NCBI GenBank assembly: GCA_051362555.1
Contig: CM120640.1
Location: 70,968,788 to 71,032,787, forward strand
Reading direction: 5' to 3'
DNA length: 64,000 bases
Source of the DNA: Lingula anatina
Lineage: Eukaryota; Animalia; Brachiopoda
Part shown: piece by piece, positions 49,901 through 62,100 of the stretch
Numbering within the stretch: position 1 is the first letter of the stretch
How the letters are laid out: each line of letters begins with the position of its first letter
Position numbers and translations under genes: made by a program
Notes under the pieces: model-generated
Database searches by the model: none
What the model was told of the DNA's origin: nothing
What the model saw: the letters and a program-made list of their open reading frames with translations, nothing else

Positions 49901-52900
49901 CACTTGCTGACATTGTTAACACTGGTTTTTGGCTTATTTTGTACACCTGAAACATTTAAATTGTTTGACGGAAAAAATGTAGTGCATGAAAATTAAACAA
50001 AGATATGATAACAGTGTGTCTTGTAACTTCACTCCCTCAGGTGAGACAGCAGCACAACCAGTTCCAGATGTGCCTGTACCTTCCCAGGATGCATTTGGGG
50101 AAGATATGCTCCAGATGGCGCTGCGTATGGCCTCAGAAATGACGGACCAACCCATGGACCTGGAAACCTCTCTAGAGCCCGTACCTGTTCAGCAAGGTGA
50201 GAACTTCCTTCAGCTAATATTTGTCCTTTTCATCAAAGTCAGAGAAACTCAGTGTTGACAGTAACTAACACAAAGCAAGTAACACTCTGTGGTAAGGCCA
50301 ACACATTGCCTTGGTTCAATTTTTATACTTGCAAGATCAAACCATGAAGTTCCAGTCTTGTTCAGCAACATGTGCCTGACAAGGTGGAATCACATGGGAC
50401 ATGTTTATGTTGATATCCACTGTGATAACTTGTCTGCTGTAGAATGTACTAACCTGGTGTTACTGTAGCTGTATTGTAACTCATAGCTTTATATCAGCTT
50501 GAAATAGACAAGTCTTGCTGAATAGTACATCTTATTACATTAAATAACTGTGTTCCAGGCTCAGGTGTGGATTACAGCACTATAGAGGCCGACCCCGATG
50601 TCATCCACACTGCTGTGCCAACACGAACCAGGTCTAAAGGCCGCGGCCGAGGCAGGAGAGGACGAGGCGCTAAGAGGACCAAAGTGGAGGAACCCCCTCC
50701 TGAACCGACCCCACCCCCACCCCCACCCCCCGCCCAAGACCAACCCACACCCCCTGACGCTGACATGCATCTCAAGTACACTTACGGCGTAAACGCATGG
50801 AAACACTGGGTCATTCAGAAAAACATGCAGCTGGAAAAGGTGACCTCAAAAGGCAGCAAACTGAAGCATTTTAAGACAGATCTGCTGCAGATGACGGCAG
50901 ATGAGCTGAATTTCTCCCTGTGTCTGTTTGTGAAAGAAGTGAGGAAACCCAATGGAGAGGAGTATGCCTCTGATAGCATATTTTACCTTTGTCTAGGTAA
51001 GTTTGCTGGGATATGCTAGATATTTTGTATGAACCTTTTGACAACATATGGCATATTGCTGTAATGATAGAATGACCCATTGCCATTTCTCCATGGTAAC
51101 TTTTAGGGGAGTTGTAAGTGACATTTATTGAAGGTAAAATTATCTTTCAGGCATTCAGCAGTACCTCTTTGAAAATGGCAGGATTGACAACATCTTCACC
51201 GATTTCTATTATGAAAAGTTTACAGAATGTCTGCATGAGGTGGTTTCTAAGTACCAAGCTCGGCTCAACACAGCAGGTAAACTTGTTTGTACTAACATTA
51301 TGAAGTAGTCTTAATGGGGCCAGATTTTCACAATTTGTCTTAAATGGTTAAAGATGAGAGTCTTTTGGATATCTGCAGACATTGAGGTGTGGTATTTATG
51401 TCCTCCACACCACCCATTTAGAGCTGCCCTCCTGTGGTGCTTGCATTTTATGAATTTCTTAACAAAAAATATTTTTTTATTCTTCTTCAGAGTTAACCTG
51501 CACATATTCCTCCTAGATATATTACATCCTGACAAAATAGTAAGATAACTACCATTGGTTCAGATTGCCAAATATATACTATATTCCAGGTCTTCTGGTG
51601 TGCCGTATAGAGGAAGAGCACCTATGGGAGAGCAAACAACTCGGTGCCCACTCTCCTTATGTGCTGCTAAACACCCTGGTCTACTTCAACACCAAGTACT
51701 TCATGCTGAAGACCCCTGCAGACCACATGAAGCTGTCCTTCTCTCACATCATGAAGCACTGGAAGAAGACAAATGTCCCCACTGGGAAGACCCCAGGCAG
51801 GAGTGTCTACCTCAGATACTACGCACCTACACCCAACAACCAGAAAGGTACACACACCTGTTGAAACAAACATCTTCTGATTTCTTAGACTTGACATCTT
51901 GTTTAACATAGCTGTATTAATCAAAATTCTGTATTTTTTATCATGAAAGTATGGATTTTGTCACTCTGTTTTACTGTAGAACTTGCATGTGATCAAGACT
52001 ACCAAGGTCACATATGTTCAGTTAAAAATACTTCATAATACTCGTGAAATATTAACAAATTTCTCTGTGTTCAGTTGAATCAGGTCAAAAGAGGAAGAGG
52101 GAGGAAGTGCCCGTCTTTGAACAAGGAGAAAATATTGACAATCCTCTCAGGTGCCCTGTGAAGTTGTACGAGTTTTACTTGTCTAAGTGGTAAGATTGCT
52201 TCCTTAAAGGGATAATAACTCTTCGTTTCGGCCAAAAAATGAATTTTCCTGGAGTAAACAACAATTTTCCCATACTTACCAATGGTTAATGAATCCATTT
52301 TTACATTCAAAGTTAGTCCCTGGTTTTTTTCTAAAAAGTTTGGGTTTTTTGTTAAAATCTCTTAAGAGATTTTAACAGAGTATAACCATCAATGGAGGTC
52401 ACATGGTCTAAAGACAAGCTCAGATATCAGAATAATAGCTATAACTACCGTTTTTGTGGTAAAACAGAATATATTATATTTCTATGAGTTGTTCACAATG
52501 TTTTTATTGTGAAATATAGATCTCATACGAAGAGTTATTATCCCTTTAACTTTAAATCATTCTATTGAAAAAGGTGAATTGCCAGGTCCATCCATTTAGT
52601 TTGTTTTAATCACTTTAAAGTCATTCCCTACAGTAATGGAATAGGTGACTTATTTCATTCATAGTTGATTGACTACAGAAGAAATGGGTCCTAGTCAAGT
52701 TTGGTCTTTCTTTGCTAGTAAACATTCCACAAGAAGATGCTTTAGTTGATGTCTTTTTTTGTTTTCAGTCCTGAGAGTATCAAGAGTCGCAGTGACCTGT
52801 TTTACCTGGTCCCAGAGAGGTCCTGCGTCCCTGACAGTCCCGTCTGGTACTCCACTCTGCCCCTGCAGGTAGAGGCTCTGAACAAGATGCTGGCCAGAGT

Positions 52901-52958
52901 GATGATGGTTAGAGAAGTACAGGAGGCACATATGACTATACAGCCTGTATATGTGTGA
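37896..52958 (+). CDS. ZMYM4: MYM-type zinc finger protein (ZMYM2/3/4, Drosophila WOC homologue); exons 37896-37976, 38721-40499, 41207-41348, 41551-41624, 43973-45266, 48232-48318, 48490-48566, 48914-49079, 49343-49524, 49745-49880, 50041-50196, 50559-50996, 51151-51276, 51590-51847, 52075-52189, 52769-52958
   Basis: Acidic disordered N-terminus; tandem FCS/MYM fingers (YHLTMSDASVRNFCS); KNKSLLCKP; PVPVPIYVPVP; DPFEAELLMMAE; C-terminal DUF3504 (LKYTYGVNAWKHW, FVKEVRKPNGEEY, WESKQLGAHSP, NPLRCPVKLYEFYLSKCP). Junctions in frame. The paralogue number is nominal. Confidence 0.92.
40995..41171. repeat. Direct duplication (92-bp period) with a 36-bp perfect palindrome at the junction
   Basis: ACATGTGAAGTACTGCAACTCC at 41001 and 41093; palindrome at 41078-41113. 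Confidence 0.9.
41861..43869 (+). mobile_element. Second, more diverged Helentron/HINE-like copy with about 6 satellite units (about 42660-43530)
   Basis: Reverse complement of the 28761-32645 element: same termini, hairpins and satellite; lacks the nested MITE; followed by (ATT)n. Confidence 0.8.
43870..43921. repeat. (ATT)n microsatellite
   Basis: About 17 perfect units next to the element end. Confidence 0.95.
46330..46440 (+). CDS. Putative alternative ZMYM cassette exon (phase 1-1, 111 nt)
   Basis: TTCCAG acceptor and CAG|GTAGGC donor; open in the frame left by exon 43973-45266. Confidence 0.5.
46580..47877 (+). CDS. Putative alternative terminal exon of ZMYM (about 432 aa, K/R-rich with an acidic patch)
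   Basis: TTTTATTTTAG acceptor in phase 1, 1.3-kb open frame inside an intron, stop followed by AATAAA at 47899-47904. Confidence 0.7.
48512..48710. repeat. 72-bp tandem repeat (about 3 copies) spanning a ZMYM exon end and donor
   Basis: AAG|GTAAGC after 48566 and 48638. Confidence 0.92.
52208..52545. mobile_element. Kolobok-like non-autonomous element
   Basis: 19-bp TIR AGGGATAATAACTCTTCGT with TTAA on both sides and AG..CT termini. Confidence 0.8.
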
Positions 52959-53114
52959 GGTCCAGAGGGCACATAGACTATACAGCCTGTATATGTGTGA
53001 GGTCCAGGAGGCACATATGACTATACAGCCTGTATATGTGTGAGGTCCAGAGGGCACATATGACTATACAGCCTGTATATGTGTGAGGTCCAGAGGGCAT
53101 GTGACTATACAGCC
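52925..53114. repeat. ~43-bp tandem repeat (4.4 copies) of the last ZMYM codons and stop
   Basis: Repeated GGCACATATGACTATACAGCCTGTATATGTGTGAGGTCCAGAG. Confidence 0.92.
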
Positions 53115-54387
53115 CTTTTTGTGAGAGAAACCATGAGAAGATTCTAGAACTGAATAATTAGGAAATGACAGCCTAATGCATTATTTTAGTGATGATATAA
53201 GGGCCCATTCGTTTGGAGCGGTTATACTCTGTTGCCATATAATGTGATACTATTTGTATGCATATTCACGTAGGCTTTAAGCTATCTACACCAATGACTG
53301 TACGAACTGTGAGAAAGCTGCGTCTGTTCTATATGTATGTGGATAAAAGGACAGCTTCTTGAAGTAAGAACAAGATTAATGGTTGCCAGATTTCTAGCGC
53401 AGTTTTAAGAAATACTGCATCTCTTCTTTCTAATTGTTCCTTTATCAAGGGATATATAATACTATTGATGTACTCAAGAAAAATGTTGAAATTATGTTAA
53501 ATGTTAGTAATTGTACATATAGAACAACAGTAGACGTTTCTCTTTATTAGTGCTGTTGTAAGAATATTTTTACATTATATAAATACTGAAAAGTCGCTTG
53601 TTTTGTCCGCGGAACGTGCATGGAAGTCCACAGTTTTGTGCGCTACGTCACCTAAGTGAGCGTTGTCATGGAAGGTTTATATTGTTTCTGTACAAACAAC
53701 TTCCAAGGTCACGTGTCAATATGGAAAGACGAGATTTCCAGACGAGAAACGTGATGCGTACCTGGGGTAGAAGGCACGGGCGGGAAAATTCGAGGAAACC
53801 TCTGCACAGAAATATTTTGTGAAAAGATTTGCCAGTAAGGATGCAGCGTTCAGTGGAAGATTATTAATATCACGTTGTCGTTCGAGTGACACGATATTTT
53901 ACCACGTGATAGACCTGGTTAGAACTATAGGCCTTCTAAGAATAGGAATAATATTGTCATTTATGAATGAGGTCAAGGTCGTCCTAGGCGGACGGTTTAC
54001 CCCGGTGTAACAGAAATGAAAGTCCGCTAGGAACCGTAGTCCGCTTTCCCTCACTTTGTACACCTGCCTACCAGTTGTAGCTAGTGGCACATGAATGTAC
54101 GTACAAAGACCGATAGTTTTGTGTGCATGTTTAATCCCATAGAGATTGATGTAACGTAATTCTATACTTAAAAACCACTCGTCGGGTAGATTTCAGTGAT
54201 ATTATCAGTATTGTATAGTAGTGTAACTGTAGAGCGGTTTCTGTAGAAAAGGCAGCCGTACATGTAGAACAGGAGCGAAGCCTCCATCATTAAAAGGAAA
54301 ACTTGCTTCAGTTAGAGATACGATGTTCACCGTCTTGTTATTATTACAGTGAGCATTATGTGGTCTTCAATGCAATCCTAGTTACTT

Positions 54388-54493
54388 AATAAACTTTTTT
54401 TACAAGAGCGATGGTTTTTGTTGTGCTTCTGGGTTAACTTTGTTTTCGGCAGGACAAAAAAGAAAAACGATGTAACATTTTAAATATTTTATT
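54388..54493. terminator. Candidate convergent poly(A) signals for ZMYM (+, 54388-54393) and the cadherin gene (-, 54488-54493)
   Basis: AATAAA on each strand, followed by U/GU-rich sequence. Confidence 0.45.
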
Positions 54494-55612
54494 TTATAAC
54501 TGTTAAAGACAACTAAAGATGGCGCAGAGAGCTTTGTCGTGGTGATCGTAACACTGCACTCTCTAAGGTAGGATTGGCGACGCTGAGTTGCGCGTTTTTA
54601 ACTCTACATCGCCGGTCCTGTAAACCTACTCATTTAAAGAAACTCACTAGAAAGCTTCCTGCAGCATGCAGTGTTGGTGGGGCTGTCGCACGGCCCTGTG
54701 TGTGATAGTTCATCTCCAAGATTATATAATAATAAAATATGTGCTCTGTGAAATACTTCCAAACGTTAGCTATGCGTATGTGCAGTTTACGCTTACACGT
54801 TTAATTAAGCAGATATGTAATTCGGATATATTATACTGAATATTGTTACAGCAGGTTGAGGAACAACAGTGCCCTAGCTAGACACGCACACGTGTCCAAT
54901 TCCGCTATCACCAGAACTAACTGATTTGCTTCGTTCAACGTTAAGTTATAAAAGCAATATGTGTAACAATTAAATACATCAAACTCAAGCTATAAGCGTA
55001 ACTTTATACCATTTACAGTGACTTTGCTTGTGCAAAAATAGATTTGTGCAAAATTTATACAAATGAACTACTCGCCGCCCCCACAAAGAGGGGTTTCAGT
55101 CTTTCCGCCCAGTTTTATCGTTTACCGCCCGTTTTAGTGATATATTTACAAGTTGTCTCTGACTGCAATGTTGGGTTCCGTGGCATATCCGGCGTGCAGA
55201 GGGTGCGTTCTTCACCGTTGTCGCCGCCAGGACTATGATATTGTCACAGGAGGCCGGGGAGGGCCGACTGCTACCAACTCAGAGGTAGTATTTCGGCCAG
55301 AAATCACAAACGCTGACGACAACAAACCAAGTCCGGTCTAACTTCCTTAAGATGGAGCAGGAAGGAGAGAGAAGAAGAATCACACGTGCCAGGATTCCAA
55401 CATTGCAGAGTTGACTTCAACGTGTTCTGGAAGGTACCCGTCTCTTCGCCCGTCTTCACAGTGGACATCACAATGACTGAATGTGACCATGGCACTACGT
55501 CCTTCAGTACAGCACAAGCCACCCCGTGCCATGTTGTCATATAGCCAGTATAGAGAGGATAAAGATTTACACTATTTTATATATGAGACAATGAAATGAT
55601 CTCCTCTACTTT

Positions 55613-55890
55613 CGCATTCTGGATCGTTCACTATCTAAGTCAAGTTTACACTGAAATGAACTGATTTTCTTGCGCATTCTGGATCGTTCACTATCTAAGT
55701 CAAGTTTACACTGAAAGAAACTCCTCTTTTAGCGCATTCTGAATCGTTAACTATCTAAATCCAGTTTACATTGAAATGAACTGACTTTCTTGCGCCTACT
55801 GGATTTCACTATCTAAGTCCAGTTTACACTAACATGAACTGATTTTCTTGCGTATTCTGGGTCGTTCACTATCTAAGTCCAGTTTACACT
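55613..55890. repeat. 60-bp tandem repeat, about 4.6 copies, in the presumed cadherin 3'UTR
   Basis: Repeated CGCATTCTGGATCGTTCACTATCTAAGTCAAGTTTACACTGAAATGAACT. Confidence 0.9.
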
Positions 55891-56142
55891 CAATGAGAAA
55901 TGGATCTCGGGTTTAATGGCGCAGGATGTGCAATGGATCAGTAAGTATCACAATAAAATTAAGTTTTGTTTTTCAGTTGTTATTCCTTTCTGTGCGCGAC
56001 TATTATCAACATACAGTGTCGTCTGAGCAAGTCCAGTCTTCTTCAGTTGCTCACGCACGAACAGTGTCTTACGAATCAACAATAAATGCAATAATACTGG
56101 CAGTGATATGCTGGAATTTTAAATAACTAAACGCCACCCCAA

Positions 56143-59100
56143 TTACTTCTTGTAGTAGTATCGGTAGTACCCACTCTTGCGCGCAGCGTATGGAGAGTAA
56201 CTCTTCCGTGGTGCCGGCCGCTGGGGTGGGGCCGGGCCCTTCCCGCCACTTCCACATCTCACCAAACAGCAGCCGCAATTATTGCCTTTACCACCCGCGC
56301 CCATCCCCGAGATAGTGAGTTTCAATTTGGCCTCTGCTTTTAATTCATTATTATAGAGATCAGTGGCTCGAATAGTGTATTCTAATGTCCTCCCGTGGGG
56401 CTGAGTTATTAACTTGTCCGTGGCAATGATATTGCCTTTCTGGGGGTCAATAATGACCACTCCCTCGGGTTTCCCGAACAGACGGTAATCGTAGGCCGAC
56501 TCCAGCTCATCAATCTTGTCATAGGCGAAGGGCGTGGAGAGGATGCTCCAAGGAGGGGTGGAATAGTGCACCACGTGGCGATACTCATCGTGGGTAAACC
56601 TGGGTGGGTTGTCATTGATATCACTGAGGATAATGGCCGCTTGCGCCGTGGCGTTCACAGGAGGAACCGTGTTGCCGACCGCGTGCACCTCGAAGGCATA
56701 GTACTTCAAGCCCATATCGCGGTCCATGGTGCCTGTCACGATGATCTGGCCAGTCGTGGGATCCAACTTGAAAGGCACTGGAAACACGAGAAAATATAAT
56801 ATAATAATATATAAATGTGATCTAGACAAATGGAGAAACAAGGAGTTTTTGAAATGGTCGTACCCTTAAGGACCATCTCCAGTTCAACTTAGAAAACTTG
56901 TCTGTTTATATCCTGTATAGTGATTAGCAATTGCTAAAATAGCATTTGTTTTTGGACAATTGGATTTATATGGTGAGTTAAAGCTAAAGTTCTTGGTTGG
57001 TCAGTCTCATGAACTGTAAAAACACACACCGTATTTCAATCACTTTAAAATTGAAGAAAGGTGTTCAAGGGGAACGCTTGTAGCGTTACACAAAAAAACG
57101 TTAGTAAACAACAATGGTGGCCACTTTATGAAAACCTAAGAGTTTATCCTAACACATCTTGTGCCTACTAAAGCCAACAGATGCAAAGTGAACCCCGTCT
57201 TCCAGACACTTACATATATCTTTGTCTTTCTGAGCTATATAAACTGGAACTTTCTTGCCTCCTGGACCTAGGCTGTCTTTGGCCTGGATGGTCCCTATAA
57301 CACTGCCCACCGTCTGTTCCTCTGGAGTGTAGAAGATCAGATCGCCCACAAAGTATGGTCTACCTCCCTCTCCAAGTGGGATGGGTTTGGTTAGGCTGGG
57401 GTCTATCTTGACCATGACGTCAGTCTGGCCCTCTAGTGTCGGATAGCCCATGTCCATTGCCTTGATCTTCAGCATATAGGTATCTTTGGTTGGTGGGTAA
57501 TAGACGCCTTCCAGAGCCTTGATTTCGCCTATGACAGAAAACAACAAGGTAAGCTTTGATATTTTAGCAGTTTTTGCTAAGGTATAACAATTCAACCTCT
57601 TTTTTGTTCTTTTCGTTTTTATTCTATTCCAAATGCCGTCTTTCTGCTCCGATTGCCCATAGGATCCATGTGAACCAATTTTCATTTCGGACTTGTCTCC
57701 AAGAAGTTCACGTGAGTTTTGCACAAATTTACCTGTTTTCATTTCCACTTTGAATTTGCCAAATGCGTCGCTGTCCAGGAGGTACATGACTTCGTTGTTG
57801 GGAGCTGTAGCGTCTCTATCCAACGCTGTCACAGAGCCAATCATGTTGCCGGCCTTCACGTCTTTACCGACCTCAAACACGGGCATGGCGTCCTGCTGGA
57901 ACACTGGGGCGTTGTCGTTCTCGTCGTCTAGGGAGATCTTCAGACTGGCGGTGGACGACTGGCTGGGAGACCCTTGGTCTGATGCCACTACCTGTGTGGA
58001 GATAACCTGGACCTTTCACAACCCATCTAAAACCACAGGACTCACTTCTCTTACAAATAACCAACTGAACTACTGTTAAAACCAATTACTTGATTGCTTA
58101 ACAATCTGATCCGTTCTCATTCATAGTAAAAAGCCCTCGCTTCTGCGTGAGGGTTTTAATTTTATAAAGAATTTTCAGTAAATTTTTCACCTGAAACTCA
58201 TAGCTGGCTTTGCCCTCCCTGTCGAACTGGCCCACGCCTGACCCACTCACTGCCACCATACCGGTAACAGGGTCAATGGAGAACATGTCGCTGTCAGGAC
58301 CAGTGAGAGAGTACCGCACCGTCTTGTACGCCGGCTCCTCGTCCTTGTCCGTGGCCACGATAGGCTGGCTCTGAAAGAAGCGAAGACAATATTAAAATAT
58401 CGTGTAAAATGACGTAATTAAATTATCAGTCGCGAGAGTGACTAAATGCTTCCCAGACGTAATGCGATACCATTTCAAAAAGAAGCAAAGATATTTGTTC
58501 TATCAACCTATGCATTTAAATAAAGTGATTTAAATTATTGTGTTTGTACAATTATTGCGTCGTTATTTCACATAACAAAAAGAGACATAATGGTCATTTT
58601 CACAGTTTAAAGCTGCATTCAAAATATATATATTAAGTGGCACAATGTGGCGCACTATATCTTGAAAAGTAAATTTAAGTTTAAAAAATGTGGCTAAAGA
58701 CCTGGCAGTGCTCTTACCAATCGAACCATCTGGCCTGGTTTTGGCTTCATATTATCCTCCATGATGAAGCCCTCATAAGAGGACTGCGAGAAGACAGGTG
58801 CGTTGTCGTTGGAATCATCCACCAGCACTGTCACCTTGGCTGTGGCCGTCTTAGGCGGTGTGCCGCGATCTGTGGCCGTCACAGTGAACTCAAAGCCAGC
58901 AACACTCTCACGATCAAAACTCTGCAGAGTGAAGATCTCTCCGTTATTCACATCGATCCTAAATGGTACTGAAATGATATATGTTCGTCTCTGTAATTCT
59001 GCTTCAGTTCTAAAGCCGATGACCATTTGGCATTATCTAAAGTAATGTGCTTTATATTTCTTTATCTAGATAAAGCAATATATTACACATGACTAATTGG

Positions 59101-62100
59101 ATTAAATTATGTGTAGCAAATTGATTTATCCAAAAAGTTAGAATTTCTCGATTTTTTTAATTAATTATTTAAATTAAATCAAAATGATGACAAACCCACT
59201 CAAGTCAATTCGTTAATGCGTTAAAAACGGAGATTTAAACTAGAAATGAGCACACGTGTAGGTTAAGTGTTGCAACTGCTGCCGTTTACCTCCAGGTTCT
59301 ATGATGCCGTATCTGACGGCGTTGGGTACAGTGATATCCCCTCTCGCTTTGGCCAGGGGCTCGTCTATGGTCACCAGTTCATCGTCCTCAGTCTCCCCCT
59401 TGGACTCAAACCTCAGCGAGATCCCACCTAGGTTAGGTAACACGTCAGACGGGGCACTCTCCGGGTCCACGGCAACCACCTGCCCGACAAACGTGTTGAT
59501 TGGTTCATTCTCCCTGGCATGGAATGTGTATTCCGGTTGTCTGAAGTACGGAGCCTGATTAATGGGGACGTTGATCGTCACGGTGGCCGTGTCCTTCTTC
59601 CGTGGGACGCCGTTATCAAAGACATCTACGGTCAAGTTGTACTGGTTCTTGATGACGTCTTTGTCGAGAGGTGTCACTACAGTAATTTCACCTGAAACAA
59701 GACAGAACAACACTTTGAAAAAAAAGATAAATCCATGTCATTTTAAAAGACGATAGGATCTCCCAGTTAAAATAACAGGGAGTAAATTATCGACATCTTC
59801 GTCCAGCAGTGTCACACATTTATTTCACATAAAACCAAAATAAAAAGATGCACTGTTTTTTATTTGGGTAGCAAAATGGACATCAACTTCCAAGACATAA
59901 AGATCTCCCAGGTTATTAATTCCGTCAAGAAATGGGCAGAGGAGTAATATAACACCGATAACTTAAATAACAGTCGCCTTTGTTTCAAGAATGACTAAAA
60001 TGGCCTTGTATTAGATTGTCCTCAGACTAGGCATATTCCATATGTTATACCTGTCTACCGGTATGTGTATAACGTGTATTTAGTAACATCTCACCTGTGT
60101 TAGGGTCTATGTGTGTAGTAAAATCTCACCTGTGTTAGGGATTATGTGTGTAGTAACATCTCACCTGTGTTAGGGTCTATGTGTGTAGTAACATCTCACC
60201 TGTGTTAGGGTCTATGTGTGTAGTAACATCTCACCTGTGTTAGGGATTATGTGTGTAGTAACATCTCACCTGTGTTAGGGTCTATGTGTGTAGTAACATC
60301 TCACCTGTGTTAGGGTCCATGTGTGTAGTAACATCTCACCTGTGTTAGGGATTATGTGTGTAGTAACATCTCACCTGTGTTAGGGATTATGTGTGTAGTA
60401 AAATCTCACCTGTGTTAGGGTCTATGTGTGTAGTAAAATCTCACCTGTGTTAGGGTCTATGTGTGTAGTAAAATCTCACCTGTGTTAGGGTCTATGTGTG
60501 TAGTAACATCTCACCTGTGTTAGGGTCTATGTGTGTAGTAAAATCTCACCTGTGTTAGGGATTATGTGTGTAGTAACATCTCACCTGTGTTAGGGTCTAT
60601 GTGTGTAGTAAAATCTCACCTGTGTTCGGGATTATGTGTGTAGTAACATCTCACCTGTGTTAGGGATTATGTGTGTAGTAACATCTCACCTGTGTTAGGG
60701 ATTATGTGTGTAGTAACATCTCACCTGTGTTAGGGTCTATGTGTGTAGTAACATCTCACCTGTGTTAGGGTCTATGTGTGTAGTAACATCTCACCTGTGT
60801 TAGGGTCTATGTGTGTAGTAACATCTCACCTGTGTTAGGGATTATGTGTGTAGTAACATCTCACCTGTGTTAGGGTCTATGTGTGTAGTAACATCTCACC
60901 TGTGTTAGGGATTATGTGTGTAGTAACATCTCACCTGTGTTAGGGTCTATGTGTGTAGTAACATCTCACCTGTGTTAGGGATTATGTGTGTAGTAACATC
61001 TCACCTGTGTTAGGGTCTATGTGTGTAGTAACATCTCACCTGTGTTGGGGTCTATGTGTGTAGTAACATCTCACCTGTGTTGGGGTCTATGTGTGTAGTA
61101 AAATCTCACCTGTGTTAGGGTCTATGTGTGTAGTAAAATCTCACCTGTGTTAGGGTCTATGTGTGTAGTAAAATCTCACCTGTGTTAGGGATTATGTGTG
61201 TAGTAACATCTCACCTGTGTTAGGATCCACCTCAAACTTCCCACCGCCGCCTCCCTTCAGTATGTACACCAGCTGCGTCTTGCCATCACCGTCAGGGTCC
61301 ACGGCGAAAATCTGTCCCACCACAGTCCCCGGGGGTACCACAGTGTCCAGGTCAAACGTGTACTTGGACTGGGTGAACTTCGGGGCGTTGTCGTTGACGT
61401 CTTTGACGGTGATTTTCAGAGGACTGGAGTCGGTCTTCCCACTGCTGTCAGTGACGGTGACCTGTGGGATATTGTAAGAAAATGAAATGTATTTCATGTT
61501 TGGTTCAACGATAGAACTCGTGCAGTATGTAACTGAGCAAAAATCAAAATTGTGTTTCAGTGAATTCACATTTTGTATACATCTGACCACGTATCACTGT
61601 GTGCTTTTGATGCGTGCCATCACCTTCAGACGGGTTTGCTAATTAAATTAAGACACCAATGTCAAAATGGAATGGGCAGAAATGATGATACATGCACAAA
61701 CTACATTTGCCTCTCATGCTAACTACAGATGGTACTAACCCGGAGATTATACTCTTTGGTTTTCTCGGAATCAATGGCCCCCGGTTTCTTTACTGTGATA
61801 CGCCCGGTTTTAGGGTCGATAGCAAATATGTCGCTGCCAGGCCCAGAGAGGGAATAGCGGACCTTATCTGCATCTACGAGATCAGAGTCTGTGAAACCCA
61901 ATGGCAAGCTCTGGAAGTAAAACGTGTGTGAGATGAAAAAAGGGATGCAGTAACGCGGTGATTAATTGCTGTAAAATGTTTCATTCTATCAGATTTTGGA
62001 CATGGTTCGAACTTTTTTCTAAGTGTCAACTCTATTTGAAAAACTCTATCCTATCCAATCACTGCATCCAGATCAATCTTTGAAATATATTCCGTCTATA

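Noticed and set aside
60081-61225. CRISPR-like array of 35-bp repeats
   Set aside because: No unique spacers and no cas genes; a head-to-tail minisatellite in a eukaryotic intron.
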